Positions 50,607 through 64,000 of a stretch of 64,000 nt of DNA are shown in pieces. Numbering within the stretch: the stretch's first letter is position 1; each line of letters opens with the position of its first letter. This DNA is from Octopus vulgaris (taxonomy: Eukaryota). The notes below the pieces were generated by a model that worked only from the letters and a program-made list of their open reading frames with translations, was not told where the DNA came from and made no database searches. The translations under genes were made by a program, and so were the position numbers. The DNA lies in the NCBI GenBank assembly GCA_951406725.2, contig OX597826.1, positions 27,776,001 through 27,840,000 of the forward strand, written 5' to 3'.

Positions 50607-51346
50607 AAGTAGCTTGCTTATCAACAACATGGTTCCGGGTTCAGTCCCACTACGTGACAACTTGGGCAAATGCATTCTGCTATAGCCTCGGGCCGAACTA
50701 AGCCTTGTGAGTAGATTTGGTGGACGGAAACTGAAAGAAGCCCGTCATATATGTGTGTGTGTGTGTGTATGTCTGTATGTGTGTGTGCTTGTGTGTGTGT
50801 GTTTTCCCCTACATCGCTTGTCAACCGATGCTGGTGTGTTCACGTCCCAGTAACTTAGTGGTTCGACAAAAGAGATGGATAGAATAAGTACTAGGCTTAC
50901 AAAGAGTTATTCCCGGAGTTAATTTGTTCGACTAAAAGCGATGCTCCAGCATGGCCGCAGTCAAATGATTGAAACAAATAAGCGAATAAAATAAAATAAC
51001 TCAACAAAGACTAATACAGAAGAAAACATAAACGAGTGAAGACAATCGTGAGTGACGTCCATAAGTATTTTATATCCGGCGTTGGTGATGTTGTCAGTTG
51101 TAAAATTATTCCCGTGATACATTCTTGCCAACTGTAAAAGAATTAATAAGGAATTATGAAGAAAAATATTCTAAAATATTTCAAACAGTCATTTTTCAAA
51201 TACAACTGTTTCAAAAGTGAAGTGATATAATATATGCACAAATATATGTGTGTATATATTTGTGCGTAAGTATGTATGTACATGTATGTATGTGCATATC
51301 TATCTATATATATATATATATATGGCTATGTATAAGACTGGATATG

Positions 51347-51443
<97 letters not shown>

Positions 51444-51589
51444 ATGAATATATTCATATATATGAGTGTGCGTGTGTGTGTCTGCATTTAGAGAGAGTAT
51501 CGACAAACCATCTCGCACCGTTATGTGTATGAGTAACTATGATAATTGTTATAATTTTTTTCTTCCTTGTTACAACTAAGAATAACAAC

Positions 51590-51608
51590 AGCAGCAGCAA
51601 CAACAACA

Positions 51609-51687
<79 letters not shown>

Positions 51688-51689
51688 GG

Positions 51690-51759
<70 letters not shown>

Positions 51760-51859
51760 TAATAATAATAATAATAATAGTAAAAATAATAATAATAATA
51801 ATAATAATTATAGTAAAAATAATAATAATAGTAATAATAATAATAACAACAAAAACAAC

Positions 51860-51934
<75 letters not shown>

Positions 51935-52090
51935 GATAATGATAATAACAATCATAATGATGATGACGATCATGAGGATAAGGAGGAGGAGAATACTGAT
52001 GGCGACAATGGTGATAGCCATAATGATGACGATAATAATGATGATTATGATGGTGATGATGGTAAATGCAATAACAACAACAACATCAAT
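51590..52090. repeat. (AAT)n/(GAT)n low-complexity tract
   Basis: Directly visible. Confidence 0.93.
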
Positions 52091-54804
52091 ATCAACAATG
52101 CTTCAAAAGTCAATAAAATTATAACAAAAAAATTACGATTAATAATAATGATCGTAATTATTATATGAATGGCAATAATAGAATAACAATTTATTTTTAC
52201 ATAATAATACCACAATATCAACAATAACAAAATTCCTCAATATTACAACAACAACAACAACGATGACGACAACAGCGGCAGCAGCAACAAGAGCAACGAC
52301 AGCAACCATCATATAACTGTAGAAGAAAATTTGGCGAATAAATTTTTGAATAATTTTTTAAAAATCAACAAGAAAAACAAGAATATATATTTCTATTTAA
52401 ATGAAAATTTAGAAAAAAAAGAACTTTTTATTTGTTCATAGATATAAGTGGCAAAAACATCTTTAGAAACCCTTTTTTTAAATTTTTGTTTTTGTTTTCT
52501 TTTGTTATTGTTCCGTTGTGTTGTTTTTTTTTTCTTTTTCTTTTTGTGTTTGTCATTATTTCTCGTATGTTCCTTCTCCATCTTTTTAATAACAGAGAGT
52601 TTACGTATATTTTTCATTGACAGCAAAGGATAAATTTGAATAAAATGTATAATAATAATAATGATGATGATGATGATGATGATGATAATAATAATAACAA
52701 CAACAACAACAACAACAATAATAATAATAATAATAATAATAATAGTAACAATAATAATAATAATGAAAATAATAATAATTTATTATCATCATCATCATTT
52801 TATTATTATTATTAATATTATTATCATTATTGTTATTATTGTTGTTCTTGTTGTTCTTGTTTGCATAATTATTGCTATATTAGTTGTAATTTTATTATTA
52901 TTATTACTATTATTGTTATTATAAAAATGTGGTTTTGTGGGGGTTTTTTCTATTATAATCAAATTGATTAGGAAAAAAATTCCTACGAGACAACAATAAG
53001 AAGCAATCGATATGACATACTTTAGAACGAAGAAATGAAAAACTATAACACAAACGCCTTTAAAAAACACTTTTAGAAACATTTTTAAAAACTCACGACA
53101 ATTTTCTTAACCAGTTTTGTGATAATTCATTTTGTATTTTTCGGCTGTTTTTATCATTTTTTCTTTTTTTGCATGTTGTTGCTTATTTTTCTGGGTGTTA
53201 TTTCTTTCAATCGTTGTTTTTCGAGCTGTGATAGGTTGTTTCTTCATTTTTTATTTTATTATTTTAACGGATTCTTTATTTTTAGCGTTTGCTTTTTTCA
53301 AGCATTATTTCCTGTATTTCTCTGTATTTCTCTTAAGCTACAAATTCCGAAATTATTGGTCAAAGCTGGACTCGAAATTATTAATTATCTTTCTGCCTCC
53401 ATAAATTTCAGATAATTATAGAAACAAAACAAAAATATAGTATAATTTTTTCCTCACATTTTTCTTTCGTCTTTCTTTAGTTCATTTTTTATATTTCTCA
53501 CTCCATTTTTATGAATTTTGTTTCTATTATAAAGCATTTATTAAAGACAAATAAATCCTTGGGGAAATCAAAAGAAAATTTTAATGACAATTGCTGCAAA
53601 TTTGTTGAAAATAAATTAAAGTAAAATAAAATGGAAGGAACAACTAAACATCTCTATGGTGGTTTATGGCTACGGTTGTTTCTTGTTTGTTTGATTATAC
53701 TTGGTTTTATTTTTGTCTTTCCGATTTTATTTTTCACAAAAAGCTTAGTTTTCTTAAAGTAGACATTTTATTTTAATTCATTTATTTTATTGGCTTAAAT
53801 ATTTTTCTGTAATGTTTAAAATGTATTTTTTTTATTCCTCACTTTCTATCAAGCCTTCTGTCAAGTGATGTCTTTGAATAGTCACTTATCATAGCATGCT
53901 TTATTCTTTCTTTGTTCGCTTTACATTCATTCTTGGAACCATACATAGAAGTCAATTTATCTTCATTGTACGGGGCCAAAAAATTAAAATAGTGAGAGGG
54001 CGAGAAAGAGGGAGAGATTAAGGGAGACAGAAAAAGACAGAAACAGACAGAAATAAGGGATTCGGCGTATAAAATGAAATACACAAGAAAACAAATCAAT
54101 AGATTCATATCGCTAACTTTGCAAATTTTAAAGTGTACCATTAGAGAATTTAATACATTTATTCTTAATATTCATTTGGGTGGGGGCAGGAACTGGCTTT
54201 CCGACGTTTACCTACAAACTATCGTAGTGACATATTTCAAGACGCAGGAAAATTAAAAGCTAAAATGTGTACTCTGCGTGTTTGTTTCCTTCCTTTATTT
54301 GTAGAGTGATCTTTAAGAAGGTAAAAAAATGCTTTCGGATTGTGTAAATTATAAGGATTCCTGATTTTGGGCCACATGTGTCTGCATCTCTCTTGTTTAC
54401 TTTCAACCCCTAAATATGGATAAATATGCATTGTCGATAGAAAATATGATCACGTAGGTAAAATGTTCAGTTCAATCGATAATTATTAAAGACGCAATCG
54501 GACGGTTGGCAAATATTCGTTCAAAAGTGTTTCATCATGTAGTATTAGTTTAACAGTCTTCTCTCTTTGTCACGAATCTCATAACTAAAACAGCATCTTT
54601 CTTGACAAAACTTGCTACTACACATCGTTGCGCAGCAGGAGTCCAATAAGTTATATCGCCATAGGTTTAGGACGAGGTACACACTACTCTTTTTCTTACT
54701 TACACTTGCGCATACAATTCCATCTCTCCCTCCTTCTCTCTCTCTCTATATATATATACATATATATACATATATATATTTATATTTATATGTACAGTAC
54801 AGAT

Positions 54805-54996
54805 TTTGTCAGTGAATAGGTCGCTGTATCAAAGCGAGGAAAGTATTTTAGCAAATTAAATTTAAATGTTGAAATGAATCTAACGGTTTGTGTGTGTTTC
54901 TTAAATGGCTTATAAACACCTTCCACGCTGCAATTGTTTTCGTTCCAGCACACAATCTCAGATCAGGTCACTTGCTATGCAAGTACATCTCCGTAA
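54805..54996 (+). repeat. Dispersed repeat beginning with a hammerhead-like motif (G3 variant)
   Basis: TGTCA-GTGAATA-GGTCGC...GCGAG-GAAA-GTATTT; second copy at 28195-28312 on the minus strand. Confidence 0.6.
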
Positions 54997-55015
54997 TATA
55001 TATATATACGTAAGG

Positions 55016-55061
<46 letters not shown>

Positions 55062-55154
55062 GTACATATATATATAGATAGATACATACATACGCATACT
55101 TATATAAATATATACATATACAAATATATCCTATTATAAATGAATATACACATA

Positions 55155-55209
<55 letters not shown>

Positions 55210-55265
55210 TTATATATATGTGTGTGTGTGTGTGCAAACACACGCTAATCACTACATATAATTAT

Positions 55266-55308
<43 letters not shown>

Positions 55309-55367
55309 TGTATATATATGTGTGTATGTGTGTGCAAACACACGCTTATCAATACATATACTTATCC

Positions 55368-55396
<29 letters not shown>

Positions 55397-55398
<2 letters not shown>

Positions 55399-55670
55399 GT
55401 GGCAGACTGTGTCTAAAAATATTGGTTGCCAGGTGACTAAGGGGGCCCACTCGCAACTATAAGGGTACCCACCGGCAACTACAATGCTATCATCTTCAAA
55501 CACAGCCAGGCTGAAATAATTAATGCATTCTTCCAGGCGTGAATAAAAAATTCTCAAACTTGAGGGGATTAACCCGTTCGGTACTAACATGGTCCTCTAT
55601 ATATGGATTTTAATGGCGCAGGGGCCCACTTGCCATCGGGCAAGCTGGCAACCTAGCCTGTCCGCCACTC
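55397..55670. mobile_element. MITE (hAT-like ends) inserted in (TA)n
   Basis: Left end CAGTGGCAGACTG; right end reverse complement GAGTGGCGGACAG; subterminal GGTTGCCAG/CTGGCAACC; GGGGCCCACT twice. Confidence 0.7.
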
Positions 55671-55789
55671 TATATATATATGTATGTGTGTGTGAATATA
55701 CGGGCTTATAAATACATGTATGTATGTATGTATGTATGTATGTATGTATGTATGTATGTATGTATGTATGTATGTATGTATGTATGTAT

Positions 55790-56342
55790 GTCAGGTCACT
55801 TTCGAGTGCTACTGGTAGCATGTAACCCAGTACAACCTGTTGCATGGTCGTGTAGTCGGCGACTAAACCGGCAACCCCACCAAGCTTGCTTGGTGAGGAG
55901 GGTGTTTATTGGACACCCTGCGGGATGAAAAACAAAACCCGTCAAAGGGCGGAGGAACTCTTGAAAGTCAATGACCATCCAATAAATGTCTTAAGGCTGT
56001 ATCATGCGCGGGGATATAGAAACAATCGGACTGAATACCCGATCGCGCAGTTAAACCATTGGGAGTGAAGGACTCCTAGCCTTTGTTAGGGCATCCTTTT
56101 AGGAGAAGGTAACTCAGGTAACTGGGGTAACTCCAACATAAAACCTGCGTCTCAGTGGTTACCGATGATGTTGACTTGTTCTTCTTTTCGGATTATGGCT
56201 GCTGTTGCTTAGTGAGTGGGATTGACTCAGTGCACAGCCTTTCTTCACTTTAAAAATAATCCTCTTGCACAGGCACCGCACGATAACAACATTGATTAAG
56301 CTTCGTGCAATGGCCATACTCGATAACGAGGGGGCAGCCACA
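55790..56342 (+). mobile_element. Probable RTE-related non-autonomous element
   Basis: GGGCATCCTTTTAGGAGAAGGTAACTC...AAACCTG resembles the RTE 5' UTR motif; flanked by (TATG)n on both sides; no ORF. Confidence 0.45.
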
Positions 56343-56995
56343 ATGTATGTATGTATGTATGTATGTATGTATGTATGTATGTATGTATGTATGTATGTAT
56401 GTATGTATGTATGTATGTATGAGGTATGTATGTATGTATGTATGTATGTATGTATGAATATATTTCTTGAAACAAGTTAAAGTGTAGTTTTTTATGAGTT
56501 CGTGTGGCATTTGTAAAAATATTTGGGAAAAATTACACTTCGTTGAACGTAAAAATTATTTAGCAGAAAATGATAGGAAACAGGAGTGGGGTGGAAGTTA
56601 GTTGCTGTGCATGTCATGGAAATAATGGTCAGCAAGACAAGAAATAATCGCAGGAGAAGAGAGAAAAATAATTTAGGGACAGATGGAATTGTAAGCAGAG
56701 AGGAATAAGCGTGGAAAGAGAGAAGAGAAGAATATTGAATAGTTTGAGTTAAGGAAGACTTTTGGAGATGAAAGGATAGACATGTCGGAAAACTTGGAAA
56801 AAATGTGTTTTTCAATAGCATTCTTTACATATACATGTCGACACGTATAAGAATATAAAACAGCTGGAATTAGTCCACTGGTATGGTAATCCTCGCACAT
56901 AGATATCCAAACACAGAAATATATATTAATAACTAAAGTGGGAACAAGGGCATATACAAAGCTATACATATTGGAGGAGATCTCGTGTAGACATG

Positions 56996-57360
56996 GACGT
57001 TGGAAGCTGTTTGTGTGGTAAGAAGCATGCTTTTCAACCGCATGCTTCCGGGTTCGGTTCCGCTACATGGCACATTGGAAAAGTGTCTTCTACTAAAGAC
57101 TCAGACTGACCAAAGCCTTGTGATTGGATTTGGTAGACGGAAACTAAAAGGAACCCTTCGTAAGTGTGTATGTGTGTAGGTGTGTGTGTGCGTGTGTGTC
57201 GTCATCGTTTGACAACCAGTGTTGGTGTGTTTACATCCCTGTAACATAGTGGTTCGGCAAAAGAGAACCGATAAAGTACCAGGCTCAAAAAATAAGTAAC
57301 GGAGTCGATTAAACCGACGGAAAATTCTTCAAGGCAGTGACCCAGGATGGCCACAGTCTG
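56996..57360 (+). mobile_element. SINE family A, diverged copy
   Basis: Matches the family A pattern with many substitutions. Confidence 0.82.
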
Positions 57361-57529
57361 ACGAAGAAAATATGACAAAAGACAATTGATAATAGCATTA
57401 ATGGCTCATAGATATTTGTAATTACATAATCTTCCAGAGCAGCGAAATATTATTTTGTCCCTTTGTTAACAAACTCTACTAATGTGAACGTTTAGTAGAG
57501 TAAAGAGTTTGGATTATAATTTTTTATAT

Positions 57530-58335
57530 TCCTTTATTGTCCACAAAGGGTACAAACAAGGACTGACAAAGGGATTAATGTGTAACTGGTACTTATTTAA
57601 TCGAACCCGAAAGGATGAAAAGGAAAGTCGACCTTGGTGGAATTTGAACTCAGAACGTAATGACAGACGAAATACCTATTTCTTTACTACCCACAAGGGG
57701 CTAAATAAAGAGAGGACAAACTAGGACAGACAAACGGATTAAGTCGATTATATCGACCCCAGTGCGTAACTGGTACTTATTTAATCGACCCCGAAAGGAT
57801 GAAAGGCAAAGTCGACCTCGGCGGAATGTGAACTCAGAACGTAGCGGCAGACGAAATACGGCTACGCATTTCACCCGGAGTACTAACGCTTCTGCCAGCT
57901 CGCCGCCTTCACATATCTACGTAATTATTTCTTTATTGCCCACATGGGGGGGGGGGCTAAACATAGAGGGGTCAAACAAGGGCAGACAAAGGGATTAAGT
58001 CGATTACATCGACCTCAGTGTGTAACTGGAAGTTATTTAATTGACCTCGAAAGGATAAAAGGTAAAGTCGACTTCGGTGAAATTTGAGCTCAGAATTAGC
58101 TGCAGTCGAAATACCTATTATTTTACTACCCACAAAGGGCTAAACACAGAGAGGATAAACAAGGACAGACAAACGGATTAAGACGATTATATCGACCCCA
58201 GTGCGTAACTGGTACTTATTCGATTCTGAAAGGGTGAAAGGCAAAGTCGACCTCGGCGGAATTTGAACTCAGAACGTAGCGGCAGACGAAATACCACTAA
58301 GCATTTCGCCCGGCGTGCTAACGATTCTGCCAGAT
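57530..58335 (-). mobile_element. Two tandem dimeric SINE family B elements (four units of up to about 185 bp)
   Basis: Heads at about 57861-57910 and 58295-58335; unit junctions at about 57676 and 58113. Confidence 0.88.
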
Positions 58336-58624
58336 TGACCCACTTAATATTCTTTCATTATTCCATTTTGTGTGCGTGGACATTCTTTTAGAATGTTAGT
58401 CATCCGAGTTTGGGAGACAAGAAAATGTAAGAAAATATTAGAATAAAACAAGGTTTAAATTCTTTATCTTATATATGTGTGTTCTATGTGTACGCGTGTG
58501 TGTGCATGCGCGTGTGTGTGAGTCTGTGTGCACATATAAATAGATATACATAGAGAGAGAGAACGAGAAAGAGAAAGAGGAAGACAGAAAGATAGGTGCA
58601 TATATATATATATATATATAGTTA

Positions 58625-58825
58625 ATCTCAAAAAGAAAACGAAGAAAAGCACAAGAAAAAAACGACAACGTGAGGATGTGGTACATGCAAAGTATTAATA
58701 AGACGCTCAGGATTGGAGAGAAAGGTGGTTTTACGTTATGAGCAAAACTCTTCTTCAGAAACGGGGGACAGAGGTAAGTCCAAGACAAAAGGAAGACGGA
58801 GGAAAAAAACTGCCAACGATCCACA
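58625..58825 (-). repeat. Repeat with a decayed hammerhead motif
   Basis: Minus strand reads GTTT-CTGAAGA-AGAGT-TTT-GCTC-ATAA-CGTA-AAAC; the GAAA is mutated. Confidence 0.45.
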
Positions 58826-58831
58826 TTATAA

Positions 58832-58898
<67 letters not shown>

Positions 58899-58928
58899 TA
58901 TATATACATATATATGTATGTATGTATG

Positions 58929-58997
<69 letters not shown>

Positions 58998-59042
58998 TAT
59001 GTATGTGTCTATCGATATCTATTTATCTATATATATATATAT

Positions 59043-59083
<41 letters not shown>

Positions 59084-59860
59084 GGGGTAGATATAGATAT
59101 ACGTGTGAGAAAGTGTGTATATATATATATATATATAGATATAGATATATATATATTTTCATATGCACATATCTATTCATATACATGTGGTGCATATATA
59201 TGCATTCATGCATACATACCTCTCTGAATTTGTGCACCAAGTTCAAAGTAAAACATAAAATAACTCCATGTCTGTGTGTCTGTAAGTCTCTTACTATAAA
59301 TTATCGGACATAAACCGTCGTCTATGTATTCATGCGTACCTATGTGCATACACATTGATGTAACCACGCATATACAAATAAAGAGCTACGCATACGTATA
59401 TATAAATACGCATATACGCACGTATATGTGCAAATGTGTATATGAACGTGCGTCAGTGTGTGTATTACATCCGGGATGTTTGTTGTTAACCAAGCAGTCT
59501 ATCGATCATCCGGTGATAGGTAGAAACACGGCTCCGTCTACTGGACTTGAAGAATCGACTGACAAGTACTTATTAGCTTTTCCAATTAAGACACCTCAGA
59601 AGAGACAGGCCATGGTTATAGATTTACTTCACCGCTACATACACTGACAAATGTACAGAAGGATATATATATGAAAATATAAGACCATGGCAATATGTGT
59701 GTGTGTGTGCGTGTTTGTGTGTGTGTGCGTGTGTGTGTGCGTGTTTGGCAATTTGGACACATTCACCACTTAACTGATGATAAATATATGCGTATAGGTC
59801 TGTGTATATATATATATGTGCATGTATATATGCATGTATATATATATGTATGCATGTATT

Positions 59861-59908
<48 letters not shown>

Positions 59909-59994
59909 TGTATATATATGCATGTGTGTGTATATTCATACTCAACGACAGACACAATCACAGTAAGCGTGCATACATATACAGATGTGTATAC

Positions 59995-60062
<68 letters not shown>

Positions 60063-60179
60063 GGGTGTGTGTGTCTGTGAGTATGTATATGTATAAAAAT
60101 GCACTTATGTAAATGAATATAAACGCATTCATATACATACACATGAGTATATATTTATATATATGTATATGTATGCGTG

Positions 60180-60257
<78 letters not shown>

Positions 60258-60917
60258 AACGCATAAATGAATATATGCGTGAATGTATCTTTGTATGTGT
60301 GCCTGTCTGTATGACATTTCTTTATTCCAGATTATCTTTCATAAGTGATTTTTGCATCTATTATTTCTTTGTCTCTGTAACAATACCGCTACTATATCCA
60401 TTAATGCCTTAATACCAACCCGTTCTCATCTTCTAAATGAAATGATTATATGGTTAGGTTATTTCTGAAATTTTCTGGAAGCCATCACTAAATCATAAAA
60501 AAAACTTACACTAACGAATGAAATCCTCATCACCGGATTTCAAATGAGTTCATTTAACTCCAGCTATCGTTGTTTATTTCACTTGTCTTTAAATGTTAAA
60601 ACACATTGGATCGTTGTCGTTCGAAATTCTATAGACAAGAGTTAATATGGAATTAGAAGAAATTATTAAAAAACACGAATGATTTTAACAGAAAGGTTAT
60701 ATTCTTTCTTATGGTCTTATTTTCGCGCAGGAAAATGCATAAAAATTCGATAAATTTCAAGCAATTTTTAAAATGAACGACTGGGGGAACGACTGGAAAT
60801 AAAGGTGAAAGAAATAAGTTTCATACGTACAAGAGACCAAATGACAGAACTGGGAGCCAGTGTGCTTGATGGTATGTACGCGCATTCTTGTATGTATTTA
60901 TGCACGCATACATACAT

Positions 60918-61357
60918 GGGATCTTTTCGGTTTGACCGGCAGTTTTTTAAAATAATTTCCATGTAACTAAACACTTTTAAACTTCGTATACTGGTAGAAT
61001 GTGTTTATAAAACATCTTTTTCTCTTATTTTTATTGAGAAAATTCTATGGTTTGTAAGATGTTTGTTGTTTTTTTCTTCAATTTCTGCAATTTCAACCGA
61101 TGAATGACGTCTATTGGGGTGAAAACATTCTGTGCCGTATGAATATGACCCTCGTTTAAGAAACAGATTGGGTTTATTTACATTTATGAAGAAAAAAAGA
61201 TACCCTTCCCCCACCCCTAACCCTAACTAACCCTAACTCTAACGCTAACCCTAAAACAGATTGAAATGCATTAGATCGATACTAGGGTCACAATTATGGG
61301 TGACAATTTCATATGACACCGCTAGAAAAAAACTGCCGTTCAAACCGAAAAGATCCC
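60918..61357. mobile_element. MITE with about 31-bp TIRs and internal telomere-type repeats
   Basis: GGGATCTTTTCGGTTTGACCGGCAGTTTTTT / AAAAAACTGCCGTTCAAACCGAAAAGATCCC; AT on both flanks; degenerate (CCCTAA)n at 61215-61254. Confidence 0.85.
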
Positions 61358-61846
61358 ATGCATGTATACATATATTTATCTGTGATGTGTCTCAGTGTTT
61401 TGAATATTCGACAAATTAGCCACAATATTTGAATGGTGCTTATTCGTCGACCATAAAAATAAAGTAACATGCAAAGTTGAATCCAACAGAATCTGAACAT
61501 AATTCGCAAAGTGACCTAATATCACTATTCGGGTTCAACTTCTATTTATGATGCTACCGCTTCCAGTAGTAAAATTTCATTTCCGTTTTTCTTTTTGTTT
61601 TTGTTTTTTTTTGTTGGTTTTTTTTTGCCTTAGCACAAATGGAAATCATGTGATATTTCTATTCCTACTCTTTATTAAGCGCAAGTATGGCTGTGTAATA
61701 AAAGGCTTCGGCTCAATCCTGCTACGCGGTACACTGGACCAATATCTTCTACTTTTGCCCCAGACTACAGTCTTACGACCATGAGTGCAACATACCAAGT
61801 CACGTGTTTCCACACACCCACACATATATACATATATTATTGATAG

Positions 61847-62181
61847 TGGAGGCGCAATGGCCCAGTGGTAAGGTTAGCGGACTCGCGGTCGTAGGATCGT
61901 GGTTTCGATTCCTAGACAGGGCGGTGTGAGTGTTTATTGAGCGAAAACACCTAAAGCTCCACGAAATTCCCGCAGGGGGGGGGGGCACTCTTTCACCACA
62001 ACTTTTTCTCGCTCTTTCTTCCTGTTTCTGTTGTACCTGTTTTTCAAAGGACCAGCGTAACTCTGTGTTACGCTGAATTTCCCTGAGAACTACATTAAGG
62101 GTACATATGTCTGTGGAGTGCTCAGCCACTTGCACGTTAATTTCAACTGGAACCCTCGTCGTCGTAACCGACGGAGTGCCA
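61847..62181 (+). mobile_element. tRNA-derived SINE family D
   Basis: A box TGGCCCAGTGG and B box GTTTCGATTCC; body shared with 17222-17387. Confidence 0.82.
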
Positions 62182-62606
62182 CGATATCATAGATATTTAA
62201 ATACAAATGCATATGTATGTTTATATGTAATACATATATATTTTATGAGCGTGTGTGCATGTGTGTGTATGTGTGTGTGTGTGTGTGTGTGGTCGTAAGC
62301 TTATTAAAATAAATATATTTAACTTCGATTCAATTCTCGCTTGCATCTGATTCACTTTCTACACTAAATCGATACTCCTTGGTGAAGTTAGAAACATTCC
62401 ACTAAAATTCCGATCTCGTATGGAAAAAATAATTTGCGTATAAATTATTTCTGTTTCAATATCATGTCGCTTACGCTAACTTACCCTCGGTCATACACAC
62501 ACACATACAATACACATACACATACACGCACACACAGAGAGAAATAATTTACGTAAAAACCATTTGTGTTCGAATATCTTGTCGTTTACGCTAACTTACC
62601 CTCCGT

Positions 62607-62661
<55 letters not shown>

Positions 62662-62907
62662 ACACACATCCACAAAGAGGTACACGCAAACAAAAAGATG
62701 CCTTGCAGCCTTACATTAACCAAATGAAGCGGACATTATTGACGGGAAGTATAGTTAACCACTGTAGGTATAATATAACTATCAAATGTTTTTTCTCGCT
62801 TGCCATATATCTCTAGTTACATGCACGTCTTACAGCTCCTACCGTCATGTTTCAATTGAGAAGCTTCAAAAGAAGATATGGTCACGCACTATATATCGCC
62901 ATCACTA

Positions 62908-63303
62908 TTCTTTTATTCTTTCATTTGTTTCAGTCATTTGACTACAGCCAGGCTGGAGCACCACCTTTAGTCGAGCAAATCGACCCCAAGACTGATTCTT
63001 TGTGAGCCTAGTACTTATTCCATCGGTCTCTTTTACCGAACCGCTAAGTTACGGGGACGTAAACACATCGGCTTCGGTTGTCAAGTGATGCTGGAAAGAC
63101 ACACAAACATACACACACATACACACACACATGTATATATATGTATATAACACGGCCTTCTTTCAGTTTCCGTCTACTAAATCCACTCACAAGTCTTTGG
63201 TCAGCCTGAGGCTATAGTAGGAGATACTTATCCAAAGTGCCCCGCAGTGGGACTGAACCCGGAACGATTTGGTTGGGAAACAAGCTTCTTACCACACAGC
63301 CAC
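62908..63303 (-). mobile_element. SINE family A full-length copy
   Basis: Matches the family A pattern. Confidence 0.9.
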
Positions 63304-63665
63304 ACGTATATAGCTACACGCGAGCGCGCACTGACACACACTCACACATATATATATACCTAAAGCCGGATTGAAACATATGTAGGATTCTGTTTTGGTT
63401 ATTTCTTTTGTTGATCCGGTTCCTTTATATACTGTATCGTTTTCATAATATACTGTATTACTTTTTCATTAGGTTACAAATCAATTTAACCAAGTTTCTA
63501 CTATATTTTCCTTCTCCATTTTCTTTTATTAACATTACACATTATTTCACTGTTTATACATATATATTGCGGAATTTTCCTTCAATGTATTTGATAACAC
63601 CAGTTGGTATCCGGATTGTTATATAATAATCCTTTATGAGAAAATTACATCCACAATACTTGGAT

Positions 63666-63736
<71 letters not shown>

Positions 63737-64000
63737 GTATGTATATATATATATATATATATATTTATATGTATGTATTTGGTTCTGGTGTTCGCTGTAT
63801 TTTTCCTCTAGAGAATTTCCTTGTAGTTTGATCGTTGATGGTCTATTTCTAGCATTTCTATTTTAGAGAGACTTAGTTATTTTAATATTTCTATTATTGA
63901 AAACAAGTGGATGTATTCCACCGAAACTAGGTAAATAAAACCATCGAACAGAGATTGTCGGAAGCGACACCTACTGGCTGGCTACGCTGCATTGAAAAGG

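Larger units (their letters stand above)
48527..50990 (+). mobile_element. SINE family A copy split by a 2-kb insertion (pieces 48527-48565 and 50607-50990)
   Basis: Rejoining the pieces restores the head seen uninterrupted at 29562. Confidence 0.9.

Noticed and set aside
51539-52168. 209-aa poly-Asn/Asp ORF
   Set aside because: It is an (AAT)n/(GAT)n tract, and adjacent frames are also open.
57530-58335. Regularly spaced repeats that might suggest a CRISPR array
   Set aside because: The units are whole SINE bodies with no unique spacers, in eukaryotic DNA.
61215-61254. Possible chromosome end or telomere fusion site
   Set aside because: Short, degenerate and enclosed within MITE TIRs.
62465-62625. 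Direct repeat TGTCG.TTACGCTAACTTACCCTC.GTCA.(CA)n present twice
   Set aside because: A simple local duplication with no further structure seen.
63370-63940. Hammerhead 3' halves GAAACATATGTA (63374) and CCACC-GAAACTAGGTA (63918)
   Set aside because: The matching 5' core or stem register is missing or out of place, so they were not called.

Overview
AT-rich eukaryotic (animal) DNA saturated with microsatellites and transposable elements. The repeat content is most consistent with an octopus/coleoid cephalopod genome (inference). Nearly all long ORFs in the track are microsatellite artefacts. Supportable content: (1) a full-length but catalytically dead IR/DR-type Tc1 transposon (26165-27785); (2) a 2-kb retroelement that encodes only a decayed ORF1/gag-like zinc-knuckle protein, has no RT, and sits in a SINE head with a 14-bp TSD (48566-50606), with a diverged homologue of its ORF lying inside a non-autonomous Helitron (38628-39660); (3) many Penelope-like (GIY-YIG) remnants and fold-back elements carrying minimal type I hammerhead ribozyme motifs, including one with a perfect core (40505-40590), one inside a 333-nt retrozyme-like repeat unit (37110-37552), core variants at the 3-8 pair, and a possible tRNA-headed hammerhead element; (4) at least three tRNA-derived SINE groups, one sharing its 3' tail with a CR1/L2-type LINE in the window; (5) CRE-, R4/Dong- and RTE-type remnants and several MITEs; (6) two candidate spliced exons (16838-16976, 24213-24269) that could encode the C-terminus of an unidentified host protein. 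No CRISPR, rRNA or intact tRNA genes were seen. All calls come from reading the sequence by eye; no database search was run, and repeat boundaries are approximate unless a TSD or TIR is cited.
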